36,843 nucleotides of DNA from Chthonomonadaceae bacterium (GCA_035650735.1 DASRGZ010000175.1:1-36843), one strand, 5' to 3'. Counted from the first letter of the stretch, positions 1 through 8,916 are shown. The notes: generated by a model not told the origin, from the sequence alone. Translations and numbers: made by a program.

Positions 1-288
1 GCCAGGGTCGGGCCTGCAATAATTCGGCCCTCCGCCTTGCGACACCGACGCGGGCAGAATACCCGTTGACAACGCCAGGGGCGTCACCATCGTTCTCTAG
101 GGGCAGCCCTGCTGCCTACGCAGGCAGAGAGTTTCGCCCACAAGGATGTCGCCAGGTGTCGCTAGGCGGAGGAACGAGCGAGCGCAGTTGCGACCCTAGC
201 AGTGGCGCGAACCGTTGCAGCGCCGACCCTGGCAGTCGGCGGGCGCTTTGCTCCCCACAGCGGCAGGGTTTAGCCTGCCGCTTCAGGA
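1..288. repeat. Modular REP/BIME-like repeat cluster (copy 1, truncated by window edge)
   Basis: Contains modules shared with other intergenic regions: GCTAGGCGGAGG, CGACCCTAGCAG, GCGAACCGTTGCAGCGCCGACCCTGGCAGT and the hairpin CCCCACAGCGGCAGGGTTTAGCCTGCCG (253-280). Confidence 0.8.
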
Positions 289-3200
289 TCAGGGGATTAG
301 GTGCCCCTTCCTGCTGCGAGAAGGGGATGGCGCAGGCCCGATCCCTTGCATAAGGGTGCGGCTGGCGGCGTCCTCCACTACAATCCGCGCCTGCGTGGGC
401 GCGCGGCCCTCCTCATCGAAGACGATCAGCGTGTTTTTGCCGGGACGCAGCCAGCACTCAGGTAGGTAGAGGCCATTGACTGGGACTTTCTCCGGGTAGC
501 GGCCCAGGTTGTGGCCATTGAGCCAGACGAACCCGCGCCCCAGGCCCGCCAGCGAGACGCGCAGGATCGGGCGGGCTCCAGGCGAGGCGGGCGGCGCTGC
601 CGTGAACTCCGCGCGATAGAACGCGGGAACGCCGGGGCCGTCCACGCCGGCAAACGCCTGCCAGGATGTATTGTCCAGTGGGTCCCCGATACCGCCGCGC
701 ATCTTCCAGCCGCGCACGGGCATGCCTTCGTTCTCGGGCACGCTCTGCAATTCCACGTCGCCCATAATGCCGCCCGGACCGGCGTTGTTCTCGACCAGCA
801 CGGCCAGGACGTTCGGGCCGCCCTCGCGCCACGCCGTATCCAGCGCCACGTCGAACGGCTGCCCCCACCCCTCATGTCTCCCGATGCGCTTGCCGTTGAG
901 ATAGATAACGGCGTTGTCGTCCACGTTCTCGAAATGCAGGCGTCGGTGCGGCCCCGGCACAGCTTCCAGCACGGCGCGGTACCAGATGTAGCCCGGACGT
1001 CCATGAAACATATCCTGGCCGGGGGCGGTGTCCTTCCAGTCACCGCCGTCGGTTTTCAGGTCGGGCGCGGCCATCTGTGCTGCCGAGTCCTCGCCCCAGG
1101 GGTCGGCCTTCCAGCGCCAGCGCGTGAGGGCGACGCTGTGCGCTGGCTCCTGCGCGAGCGTGACCGGCCCGGCCAGTCCTTTGGCGTCTATCGTGCCCAA
1201 TGGGCCAAGATAGCTGAAGAGCTTGTGCCGCCCGTAGTGGGCAGCGAGCACGGCGATGACGTTCTCGCCCGCTTGCAGCGGCACGTTGACGCTGCGCGGG
1301 ACGGGCTTCTGGAACCGCTGGCGGATCGGGCTGCTGCCGACACGCCGCCCGTTGACAAAGACCGTAATCCAGTCGCCAGCGTCGCTGAAGTTCAGGGCGA
1401 AGGTGCCGGCCTTAGGGGAGCGGAGGGTCGTTCGGTACCAGGCGTAGGCGCCGTAATCACCGTCGGCGCCCATCGGCAGAGGCGTCTCGCTGGCTTTCCA
1501 ACTCGCATCATCGCAGGACGGCAGGGCCTCGGCGTCCGCGCGGCGCACCTGCCAGGCCGACAATGCGGGCACGTCGAAATCCGGTTTGCGGGCAAAAGCG
1601 CGCGCCGTCCAGGTCAGTCGCTGCGGCGCGTCGTCAGGACCGTAGGCCAGGATGCTGCCGTTGGGATCGATCCCGCGCAAGAACGGCTGCTCCGTGCGAA
1701 CGCGCAAGCGCCTGTCCTTTGTCCTCTCCACGTCGCCGACGTACTCCGGCCCGCAGACAACGTAGGTTTTGCCGCCCGCCTCGACAAACCAGGTGCGATC
1801 TGCCATCTCCTGAGTGACCGCCAACAGGCGGATTTTCCACGGTCCGAGGCGATGCAGCGATTGAGACGGCTGCCCGGCAGAAGGAATCAGGACGAAACTC
1901 CCTCCTCCAGACTGCGCCGCGAGGCTTACCGCCATCGGACGGTTCGCAGGGCCGTAGAGGACAACGGTGATTGTGCGTCCCTGTCGCGCGATCCCCAGTA
2001 TCCGCCCCGCCGCGTTCTCCAGAGTCACGCCCGGCGCAAGTTGGTAGCTAATGACGATAGGAACGATCTCGCCAGGCGCAATCCACAGCGGCCCATTGGA
2101 GGCCGTGGAGATAATCGCGCCGCTTTTGTCCTTGATCTGGGTTCGCACGGTGTCTTTGCCGCGGTTATCCAGGAAGAGGATGGTTCCCGCCGGACTCTTG
2201 CGGGCCGTGACACGGACGTTGGGATCGGGCGCGGCGTTCTGATATTCGGCATCCGCGTTAACGCTATTTTCCAGCACGTCGGCGAAGCTGCGGGCGAACA
2301 GGTTAGCGCGCTTGAAGCCGTAGTAGATGGGGCGCACGTCGCCCGCCTGCCCGATGGCCCCGCCGTAGTCGTAGCTGGAGGTCACTTCGTCGTCGTTCCA
2401 GGCGGCGAAGTTGGTGCCGCCGTGGAGCATGTAGAAGTTGTAGCCGTTGCCGCCATAGGCGAGGATCTTCCAGACGCCGCGCTCGATGGACTGCTGGCGG
2501 GCGGGATCCAGGGGGCCGTAGAGGTCGTACCAACCGGGCCAGAACTCAGTGCTGTACCAGGGGTTCGTGCGGCCTTTGCTGTCCCAGGAATGGTTGCCCG
2601 CCGGATCGAAGCCGTGGTGCAGGCCGCTGAAGAAATAGGGAACTTCCAGGCCGAGCGAGACGGCCTTATCGCGCAGGTGGCGGAAGTAGGCGTTGGGCAT
2701 GTCCCGCCCCCAGCCTTGCGGGTGCTCGTTCTCCAATTGCACCAAAATCACCGCACCGCCACGATGGATCTGGTTGGCGGCGATAATGGGAATAACCTTC
2801 TCGTACCAGCGATCTACCGCTTCCAGGAACGGCCCGTTGTCCTCGCGCACGCGCAGGCCCGGCTTGAAGCGCAGCCAGACCGGGAATCCTCCGCTGTCCC
2901 ATTCCGCGCAGACATAGGGGCCGGGACGCACCACCGCGTACATGCCCATCGCCTTGACCAGCTTCAGGAAGGCGTCGAGGTCTTTGTCGCCGGAGAAGTC
3001 CCAGCGGCCCTCCTGCGGCTCGTGGAAGTTCCAGAAGGCATAGGTCTGAACGGTGTTGAACCCAGCGCGCTTCATCCGAAGCAGGCGGTCACGCCAGAGA
3101 GCGCGCGGCACGCGGCTGTAGTGGAGGCTGCCGGAGCAGAGGAAGGTCCGCTTGCCCCGGATGCGGAAGCCGCGTCCGTCGAAGTCAATGGAGGCTTTGG

Positions 3201-3327
3201 CGGCGGGCGCGGGCGGAAAAATGCCGTCGTCGGCGCGCGCAGGACGGGGAGACATCAGGGCCAGCGAGAGGGCGAAGAGTGTCGTCAGCAGGCAGGGCAG
3301 AAGCAGGCGCAAGGGGCATTGTCGCAT
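289..3327 (-). CDS. Secreted beta-galactosidase, glycoside hydrolase family 35, with C-terminal beta-sandwich domains
   Basis: GH35 motifs GSLHYSRVP, RPGPYVCAEW, QLENE and NFYMLHGGTNF, plus C-terminal GRGFVWLNGHNLGRY. Start moved to ATG 3327, which has an AGGAG RBS and is followed by a signal peptide (..ARA|DD). Confidence 0.92.
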   Translation of the reverse strand: MRQCPLRLLLPCLLTTLFALSLALMSPRPARADDGIFPPAPAAKASIDFDGRGFRIRGKRTFLCSGSLHYSRVPRALWRDRLLRMKRAGFNTVQTYAFWNFHEPQEGRWDFSGDKDLDAFLKLVKAMGMYAVVRPGPYVCAEWDSGGFPVWLRFKPGLRVREDNGPFLEAVDRWYEKVIPIIAANQIHRGGAVILVQLENEHPQGWGRDMPNAYFRHLRDKAVSLGLEVPYFFSGLHHGFDPAGNHSWDSKGRTNPWYSTEFWPGWYDLYGPLDPARQQSIERGVWKILAYGGNGYNFYMLHGGTNFAAWNDDEVTSSYDYGGAIGQAGDVRPIYYGFKRANLFARSFADVLENSVNADAEYQNAAPDPNVRVTARKSPAGTILFLDNRGKDTVRTQIKDKSGAIISTASNGPLWIAPGEIVPIVISYQLAPGVTLENAAGRILGIARQGRTITVVLYGPANRPMAVSLAAQSGGGSFVLIPSAGQPSQSLHRLGPWKIRLLAVTQEMADRTWFVEAGGKTYVVCGPEYVGDVERTKDRRLRVRTEQPFLRGIDPNGSILAYGPDDAPQRLTWTARAFARKPDFDVPALSAWQVRRADAEALPSCDDASWKASETPLPMGADGDYGAYAWYRTTLRSPKAGTFALNFSDAGDWITVFVNGRRVGSSPIRQRFQKPVPRSVNVPLQAGENVIAVLAAHYGRHKLFSYLGPLGTIDAKGLAGPVTLAQEPAHSVALTRWRWKADPWGEDSAAQMAAPDLKTDGGDWKDTAPGQDMFHGRPGYIWYRAVLEAVPGPHRRLHFENVDDNAVIYLNGKRIGRHEGWGQPFDVALDTAWREGGPNVLAVLVENNAGPGGIMGDVELQSVPENEGMPVRGWKMRGGIGDPLDNTSWQAFAGVDGPGVPAFYRAEFTAAPPASPGARPILRVSLAGLGRGFVWLNGHNLGRYPEKVPVNGLYLPECWLRPGKNTLIVFDEEGRAPTQARIVVEDAASRTLMQGIGPAPSPSRSRKGHLIP

Positions 3328-3422
3328 GGCGTACTCCTGGAGCATTTTGGCGCTGACGGATTTCCACATTGCGGCGGGAAAATCCTGCGGAGATAGTCCG
3401 GCGTTGGATAAGGTGAAAAAGG

Positions 3423-3452
3423 TTGACAAAGGTGGGCGCGCGCCGCTATACT
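3423..3452 (+). promoter_or_regulatory. Sigma70-type promoter for the nuclease-like gene
   Basis: TTGACA (3423-3428), 18-bp spacer, TATACT (3447-3452). An AAGGAG RBS lies just before the ORF at 3497/3503. Confidence 0.7.
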
Positions 3453-3496
3453 GAAATAGGTCTGCGCGTCGGTGACGACGCCCTATTTGAGAAGGA

Positions 3497-3874
3497 GTGC
3501 CTATGCCTGCAGAGCTATCCCCACAGCCCGCTGTAGCGTTTGCCCATTCGAGCGAGGCGGAGATCGCCCGTCTGCTGGATTTCTATGGCGTTCGATGGGA
3601 ATATGAGCCCCGATCGTTTCCCCTGGAATGGGATGCTCAGCAGCGTCCCACGCAATCTTTCACTCCCGACTTCTACCTGCCCGACTACGACCTCTACCTG
3701 GAAGTAACCACGATCAAGCCCGCGCTCGCCAACCGCAAAAACCGCAAAATCCGCAAGCTGCGCGAACTTTACCCGGATGTGAATATCAAGCTGCTGGCGC
3801 TCAAGGACGTAGAGGCGCTGCTGGTCAAGTACGGGCGGAAGATAGAGGCGCGAAGCGGAGAGAGGCAGGCGTAA
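3497..3874 (+). CDS. Small conserved hypothetical protein, PD-(D/E)XK nuclease-like fold
   Basis: SE..IARLLD..G..WEYEP helix/strand followed by FTPDFYLPDYDLYLEVTT (PD...ExT). Has an RBS and promoter. The true start may be ATG 3503. Confidence 0.75.
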   Translation: MPMPAELSPQPAVAFAHSSEAEIARLLDFYGVRWEYEPRSFPLEWDAQQRPTQSFTPDFYLPDYDLYLEVTTIKPALANRKNRKIRKLRELYPDVNIKLLALKDVEALLVKYGRKIEARSGERQA

Positions 3875-3923
3875 AAAGACGTGGAATGCCTGGGCGGATA
3901 CGATCTAGGAGAGGGGTAGGCAT

Positions 3924-4262
3924 AAAAAAAACCTGAGCGATGGCAGATATCTCACGGACTTCGCTGAAGCTCGTTTATCCGCCCATGCTGCCTCGCGCGT
4001 CTCAACAGACCTTTCGACCCATCAAGTTCGCTCGAAGCGCCTGGATACGGATTACTGCATTCAGCGCACGCCCCTATTGGGGTAGCTCTCCGTCGCTCTT
4101 TGCTTGCGGAAGTTTCCAGAACACTCTCGACCTACCTTGCGGCATTTCGTGAGTTATTCTGGCGACTAACCGTTCGCTCCGAGCTACATCAACAAGCTGT
4201 CCGTGCAGCGTATCGCAACATCGCTCAGGTTTCCGCTGCAAGGATTTTACTCCGTACAGCGT
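3924..4262 (-). ncRNA. Unidentified large structured non-coding RNA (~340 nt)
   Basis: Perfect 14-bp closing inverted repeat (3929-3942/4219-4232) enclosing about 9 nested helices. GAAA and GCAA tetraloops; G-U pairs that work only on the minus strand; consensus promoter upstream; U8 at the 3' end. Confidence 0.8.
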
Positions 4263-4268
4263 AGCTAT

Positions 4269-4297
4269 ATTATAAGCACGGGTTTGCAGGTTGTCAA
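4269..4297 (-). promoter_or_regulatory. Perfect consensus sigma70 promoter driving the ncRNA
   Basis: Minus strand reads TTGACA (4297-4292), 17 bp, TATAAT (4274-4269), with an A/T-rich UP-like tract at about 4309-4330. Confidence 0.88.
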
Positions 4298-4348
4298 GGG
4301 GGTTTGGAGAAATTTTTCAAAGATTTTTTTCGGGAGGCGGAGGCTGCT

Positions 4349-4879
4349 GTGGAAGAGGATATAGACCAGATCATCGTTCCCCCAGCGAAGTTGCGGGCGC
4401 GGGTGCGCCAGCTGGGCCGCCAGATCATGCGCGATTACGCCGGGCGCGACCTGCACCTGATCACCATCCTGCGCGGCGGCCTCTTCTTCCTGACCGACCT
4501 TGCCCGCGCCATGCCCCGCCCCCTCTCGCTAGATTGTCTGGGCATCTCCAGCTATGCCGGGCAGATGCAGGGCACGGTGCGGCTGACCAAGGACCTGGAC
4601 GATAACATTCAGGGCCGCAACATCCTCATTGTGGAGGACATCATTGATACCGGCCTGACCCTGGCCTATATCCGGCGCAACCTGCTGGTGCGAGAGCCAG
4701 CCTCCCTGCGCATCTGCACGCTGCTCGACCGCCCTTACCGCCGGATCGTGGATATTGCGGTGGACTACGTTGGCTTTGAAATCCCCGACGCCTTTGTGGT
4801 CGGCTACGGCTTGGACTGGAGGGGCCAGTATCGCAATCTTCCCTACATCGCCACGCTCAAGCCGGAACTCTACCGATGA
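4349..4879 (+). CDS. hpt: Hypoxanthine phosphoribosyltransferase
   Basis: ILRGG, PRPP-binding ILIVEDIIDTGLTL, FVVGYGLD and YRNLPYI. GTG start at 4349 follows GGAGG. Confidence 0.93.
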   Translation: MEEDIDQIIVPPAKLRARVRQLGRQIMRDYAGRDLHLITILRGGLFFLTDLARAMPRPLSLDCLGISSYAGQMQGTVRLTKDLDDNIQGRNILIVEDIIDTGLTLAYIRRNLLVREPASLRICTLLDRPYRRIVDIAVDYVGFEIPDAFVVGYGLDWRGQYRNLPYIATLKPELYR

Positions 4880-4993
4880 GGCCGACTGGTTTGAACGTGG
4901 CAGAGCCGCCGTCGCACGCCGGGCCGGGACTCTGTCGAGGACGCTTTCGCTCCAGGCGGGAAAGTTCGCCCTTCGGACTCCTCCCGGACAGAG

Positions 4994-5620
4994 CTATTCC
5001 GGCTTGATCTCGATCTCCGGGCCGGGCGCCGCCCAGACAACCTTGCCGTCCTTGTCCTTGAAAACGGCGACCGGGTTGCCGTCGGGCAGTATGATCAAGC
5101 CTGCGCCGCCTTTGCCCTCCTTATTGGAGAGTGACAGGCTGACGCTGCCATTGGTCTGGGTATCCAGTTCGGCGCGGCTCTTGCCATCGGGGTCGTGCAG
5201 GGAGAGCGCCGGGCTGCCGTCGGGACGCACGCGCAGCGCCGCGCGGATGGCCTCGCTTTTATCCTGCAGGGCGAGCGCGGTCGTGCCATCGGGCAGCATG
5301 GTCAGCCGGGCGCGGAGCTTGCCGTCACTGCCATAGAGCTGCAGGCCGGGCTCGCCCGCCTCTGAAAGGCCGAAGCTGGCGCGGCGCTTGCCCTCTTTAT
5401 CCAGAAAAGCCAATCCTGGATTGCCGTTGGGCTGGAGAGCGAGCGTGGCGCGTGTCTTGCCGTCTTTATCCGCCAGGCGGAACTCCTGCGCGGTCAGGAC
5501 TTTCGGCGGACCGGCCTCATTCTGCGCGTGGACGTAGTGCAGGGCCGTATCCCCGGCCAGCAGCACGGCTCCGAGAAGCATCACATTCCAGATCCGAGCG
5601 CGAAATTTCATAACGTTCAC
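4994..5620 (-). CDS. Secreted hypothetical protein with ~22-aa beta-strand repeats
   Basis: N-terminal signal or hydrophobic segment, then about 7 repeats of L.L.D.(D/E)GK.RA.L....DG.P. Confidence 0.75.
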   Translation of the reverse strand: MNVMKFRARIWNVMLLGAVLLAGDTALHYVHAQNEAGPPKVLTAQEFRLADKDGKTRATLALQPNGNPGLAFLDKEGKRRASFGLSEAGEPGLQLYGSDGKLRARLTMLPDGTTALALQDKSEAIRAALRVRPDGSPALSLHDPDGKSRAELDTQTNGSVSLSLSNKEGKGGAGLIILPDGNPVAVFKDKDGKVVWAAPGPEIEIKPE

Positions 5621-5667
5621 TCGATTCCTTAATCCCGTTTCGCCCGGCCCTAAAGGCGTGGGCTGCC

Positions 5668-6642
5668 CTATATATCCGCATGGTCATCGGTCTTTTCGGC
5701 GCCGGCGGCCTCTAGCCCCGGTACGTGCGGGGGCGTGACGACCACCGGATGGACAGGATGCCCGCCGAATTCCCGCCGCAGCGCCGCCAGCACTTTCATG
5801 CTGAAGCTATCCGCCTGGCGCGACCGGAAGCGCAGGTAGAGCGAGAGCGCGATGACCGGCGTGGGGACGGCGTGCTCGATGCTCTCCTGCACCGTCCAAC
5901 GGCCCTCCCCGGAGTCTTCGACATAGCCGGTGATCTGATCGAGGTTGGGGTCTTTGGCGAAGGCGTCGGCGGCCAGCTCCAGCAGCCAGGAGCGGACGAC
6001 GCTGCCGTGCATCCAGAGCGCGCTGATGGCGTGCAGGTCGAGGTCGGGATAAGGCGAGGCTTTCAGCAGCTCGAAGCCTTCGGCGTAGGACTGCATCAGG
6101 GCGTACTCGATGCCGTTGTGAACCATTTTGACGTAGTGGCCGGAGCCCGAGCGCCCGGTATGCAGCAGGCCGCCCTCCGTCGCCAGGGCTTGCAGCAGCG
6201 GCTCGACCGCCTGGAACGTCTCCGTATCGCCGCCGACCATCAGGCAGTAGCCTTCTGTCAGCCCCCAGATGCCGCCGGAGGTTCCCGCATCTAAAAACTG
6301 AAGGCCCTGGGCCTTGAGCTCGTTGTAGCGGCGCACCGAGTCGGAGTACCGGGAGTTGCCGCCGTCAATGATGATGTCGCCGGGACGGAGCGCCGTGGCT
6401 ATCTCCCGGATGACGTTTTCTGTGACCTGACCGGAGCGCACCATGCTCCAGAGCACTTTGGGCGTCTGCTCAAGATTGGCGATCATCTCGGTGATGGAGC
6501 CGACGGCCACCACGCCCGCCTTTTCGGCCCGCTCCCTGGCTTCGGGAGAGGGGTCGCAACCGACGACGCGATGCCCACGCTGTACCAGGCGCTCGGCCAT
6601 GTTGCCGCCCATGCGTCCCAATCCGACAATTCCCATTTCCAT
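5668..6642 (-). CDS. gnd: 6-phosphogluconate dehydrogenase, decarboxylating (short NAD-dependent type)
   Basis: GLGRMG Rossmann motif, IDGGNS, DAGTSGG, GHYVKMVHNGIEY, DSGEGRW and C-terminal FGGH. GGAGG RBS. Confidence 0.93.
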   Translation of the reverse strand: MEMGIVGLGRMGGNMAERLVQRGHRVVGCDPSPEARERAEKAGVVAVGSITEMIANLEQTPKVLWSMVRSGQVTENVIREIATALRPGDIIIDGGNSRYSDSVRRYNELKAQGLQFLDAGTSGGIWGLTEGYCLMVGGDTETFQAVEPLLQALATEGGLLHTGRSGSGHYVKMVHNGIEYALMQSYAEGFELLKASPYPDLDLHAISALWMHGSVVRSWLLELAADAFAKDPNLDQITGYVEDSGEGRWTVQESIEHAVPTPVIALSLYLRFRSRQADSFSMKVLAALRREFGGHPVHPVVVTPPHVPGLEAAGAEKTDDHADI

Positions 6643-6794
6643 AGGGCGATCTACTCCTCCCTCCAGCGTCTATTCATCCCATGCCGGATTACGGCCAAAT
6701 TAGACACGGCGACCTCTTTGCCCTGCCCTATTTGCAGCAGTCCAGCACTCGACGCCGGGCATGGAAAATACCCGGCTCTAGGGCCTACGGCCAA

Positions 6795-6975
6795 GCGACT
6801 GCAAGGGACGCCGCTCAACGGTTCGCGGCTCGGCCTTGCGACTAGCGGACGCACAGCCAAGCCAGGTGTTCCGTCCGGTAGTCGCAAGGCAGAGGCACGA
6901 GTGTCGCTAGGCGGAGGAACGAGCGTGCGTAGTTCCGACCCTAGCAGTGGCAGTGCCGTCCCTTGCAGTCGGTTG
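6795..6975. repeat. Modular REP/BIME-like repeat cluster (copy 2)
   Basis: 6901-6951 is near-identical to 156-206. 6796-6830 is the reverse complement of the module at about 36754-36788. Confidence 0.8.
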
Positions 6976-7016
6976 GCGGCGTAGCCGCCCTAGAGACGGG
7001 TCATTCATGGCCCGAC

Positions 7017-7826
7017 TTAGCCTGCCCGCATCCGACGCCACTCCTCAAACTCGGCCTTCATCTGGTCGTTCCAGGCCCGATCCACCTCGCCGGGCGAGTA
7101 GCGGCCCGCACGGATCTGCTCCTGGCCCCATTCATCTTGCAGCCGGATGCGCTCAGAGGACTCCACGACCTCCTCCACCAGATGCGGCGGAATGAAGGTG
7201 ACGCCGGAGCAGGTGCCCAGCACCACATCGCCGGGCAGCACGGTGGCCTTACCGATCTCGATAGGGCAGTTCAGGCCCACCAGCGTTACGCCCGAAATGC
7301 CGGCCACGTCCACGCCCCGCGCGAAGATGCCCAGGTTCGGGATTTGCTGAAGGCGGGCGAGGTCGCGAATGCTACCGTCAATGACCATGCCGGCTTTCGT
7401 GCGGCGGGCAATCGCCGTGCCCAGGTTATCTCCGGCAAATGTGCCCGCCTCGATCTTGCCGAACAGATCCACGACGACGACATCGTTCTCGACCAGCGTA
7501 TCAATGACCCAGGAGTTCTGGCCGCCCACGCCGCCGTTCTGCGCGCCCCATTCTTCAATCGCCTCATGTAAATCGGGCCGGGAGGGAACGAACTTGGCCG
7601 TAACCGCCCGCCCGACCATTACCTTCTCCGGGTGGACATTAAACCATCCGCCCTCGAACTGATGGTGGTAGCCATGGCGGGCCATCACCCCCCACGCCTC
7701 CTCGGCGGTGACGTGCCGCATGCGCTCCAACAGATTATCGGGCACATGCGGACGGCCATCCGGAAAGCGGTCGAACGGATTCTTGCGCGTAAAGTAAAGA
7801 ATATCCTCACGACGATTCAGCGGCAT
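7017..7826 (-). CDS. RraA-like / HMG aldolase family protein
   Basis: GRAVTA.F.P.RPD, GDNLGTAI, GMVIDGSIRD and PGDVVLG motifs. Start moved to ATG 7826 (GGAGG RBS); the upstream part of the tracked ORF is repeat DNA. Confidence 0.85.
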   Translation of the reverse strand: MPLNRREDILYFTRKNPFDRFPDGRPHVPDNLLERMRHVTAEEAWGVMARHGYHHQFEGGWFNVHPEKVMVGRAVTAKFVPSRPDLHEAIEEWGAQNGGVGGQNSWVIDTLVENDVVVVDLFGKIEAGTFAGDNLGTAIARRTKAGMVIDGSIRDLARLQQIPNLGIFARGVDVAGISGVTLVGLNCPIEIGKATVLPGDVVLGTCSGVTFIPPHLVEEVVESSERIRLQDEWGQEQIRAGRYSPGEVDRAWNDQMKAEFEEWRRMRAG

Positions 7827-7864
7827 GATCGAAACCTCCAAAGTTGGGCCGCCCCCACTCCCTT

Positions 7865-8148
7865 GCCCACTGCCAGGGTCGGCCCTGCAATGGACTGCAA
7901 GGGTCGCGCCTGCAACGGTTGGGCCCCTGCTCGGGTCGGCGCTGCCATGGTTCGCGCCTCCGCCTAGCCACACCTGGCCACAGCCCTCCGCCTGGCGACA
8001 CCTAGCGATCCCCAACAACAGGGGAGGGGAGAGCAGAAGCCAGGGTTTGCCTCTGCCTGCACAGGCAGAGAGTCTCGCCCACGTAGGTGGGCAGCAGGCC
8101 GCAGGCCCCACAGCGGCAGGGTTTAGCCTGCCGGAATGAGGGGTTAGG
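7865..8148. repeat. Modular REP/BIME-like repeat cluster (copy 3)
   Basis: Three tandem reverse copies of the CCRTTGCAG..CGACCCT.GCAG module (about 7869-7955), reverse CTCCGCCTAGC, GCCCACGTAGGTGGGC and the hairpin at 8106-8133. Confidence 0.8.
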
Positions 8149-8916
8149 TTACACACAGCCGGGATAGGAACGGCCCGCGATGGTTATGTATTCCGGCTGT
8201 GGGGGATTGCCGACATAGCGGGAAGTGGCGCGCATGTAGGCGGTCGTCATGGCGATGCGCGGCCTGGGCGAGCGATTGGGCGACGTCTCGTGCAGCACCA
8301 GGCTATGATGGAAGCTACAGCTTCCCGCCTTCAACTCCACGCAGACCTCTTCAGGATGTTTCGACAGCTCCTCCCAGCCTTCCGGGACGATGTGCGGCCC
8401 TTCCAGATGGTGATGCGTCAGCAGGCCCTGCTTGTGGGAGCCAGGCAGGAAGCGCATGCATCCGTTCTCGACCGTAGCGTCGTCCAGGGCCATCCAGCAG
8501 GTCACCAGCTCCCTCGGCTCGATGGGCCAGTAGGCCGAGTCCTGATGGTAGGGCTTGGCCGAGCCGTGGAAGGGCGGCTTGAGCAGCATCTGATCCGTAT
8601 AGAGCTTGACATCCGGCCCCAGCAGGTCTACCAGCGCCGCCACGATTTTCGGGTGGCGCGCATATTCGCGAAAGACGGGGTCATACTGGGTCAGATTCCA
8701 TATCTTGCGCACGCGATGTTGCAAAGGGACACCCTCGCCCTCGCCCGCCTCAAACACCGGCTCCAACTGGATATACTCCTTCGGGAACTCCACCTCGCCC
8801 AGGATGATCTGCTCCGTGCGCCTTTTGAGCGCCGCCACCTCCTCGGCTGTCAGTACATCGTGCACCGGCAGGAACCCATCCCGCCAGAACGCGGCCTTTT
8901 GCTCTTCGGTCAACAT
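8149..8916 (-). CDS. Phytanoyl-CoA dioxygenase (PhyH) family 2OG-Fe(II) oxygenase
   Basis: HQD metal motif (PYHQDSAYW), WMALDDATVENGCM..LPGSH, distal H in LHETSPNRS..PR. ATG 8916 follows GGAGG. Confidence 0.9.
   Translation of the reverse strand: MLTEEQKAAFWRDGFLPVHDVLTAEEVAALKRRTEQIILGEVEFPKEYIQLEPVFEAGEGEGVPLQHRVRKIWNLTQYDPVFREYARHPKIVAALVDLLGPDVKLYTDQMLLKPPFHGSAKPYHQDSAYWPIEPRELVTCWMALDDATVENGCMRFLPGSHKQGLLTHHHLEGPHIVPEGWEELSKHPEEVCVELKAGSCSFHHSLVLHETSPNRSPRPRIAMTTAYMRATSRYVGNPPQPEYITIAGRSYPGCV

Noticed and set aside
511..3396. 961-aa plus-strand ORF
   Set aside because: Antisense shadow of the GH35 gene caused by high GC codon bias; no recognisable motifs.
3940..4152. 70-aa ORF within the ncRNA locus
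   Set aside because: No properly spaced RBS, atypical composition, and antisense to the structured RNA.
3929..4232. MITE interpretation of the 14-bp inverted repeat
   Set aside because: No target-site duplication and a single copy in the window. Strand-specific G-U helices, a promoter and a U-tract fit an RNA gene better.
3924..4262. Identification as RNase P, tmRNA, SRP, raiA or glmS RNA
   Set aside because: Diagnostic conserved sequences are not found by eye; there are only short superficial resemblances to raiA and glmS. An atypical 6S RNA cannot be excluded without cmscan.
7827..8156. N-terminal 110-aa extension of the RraA-like ORF
   Set aside because: It is translated repeat DNA; the real RBS and ATG are at 7826.
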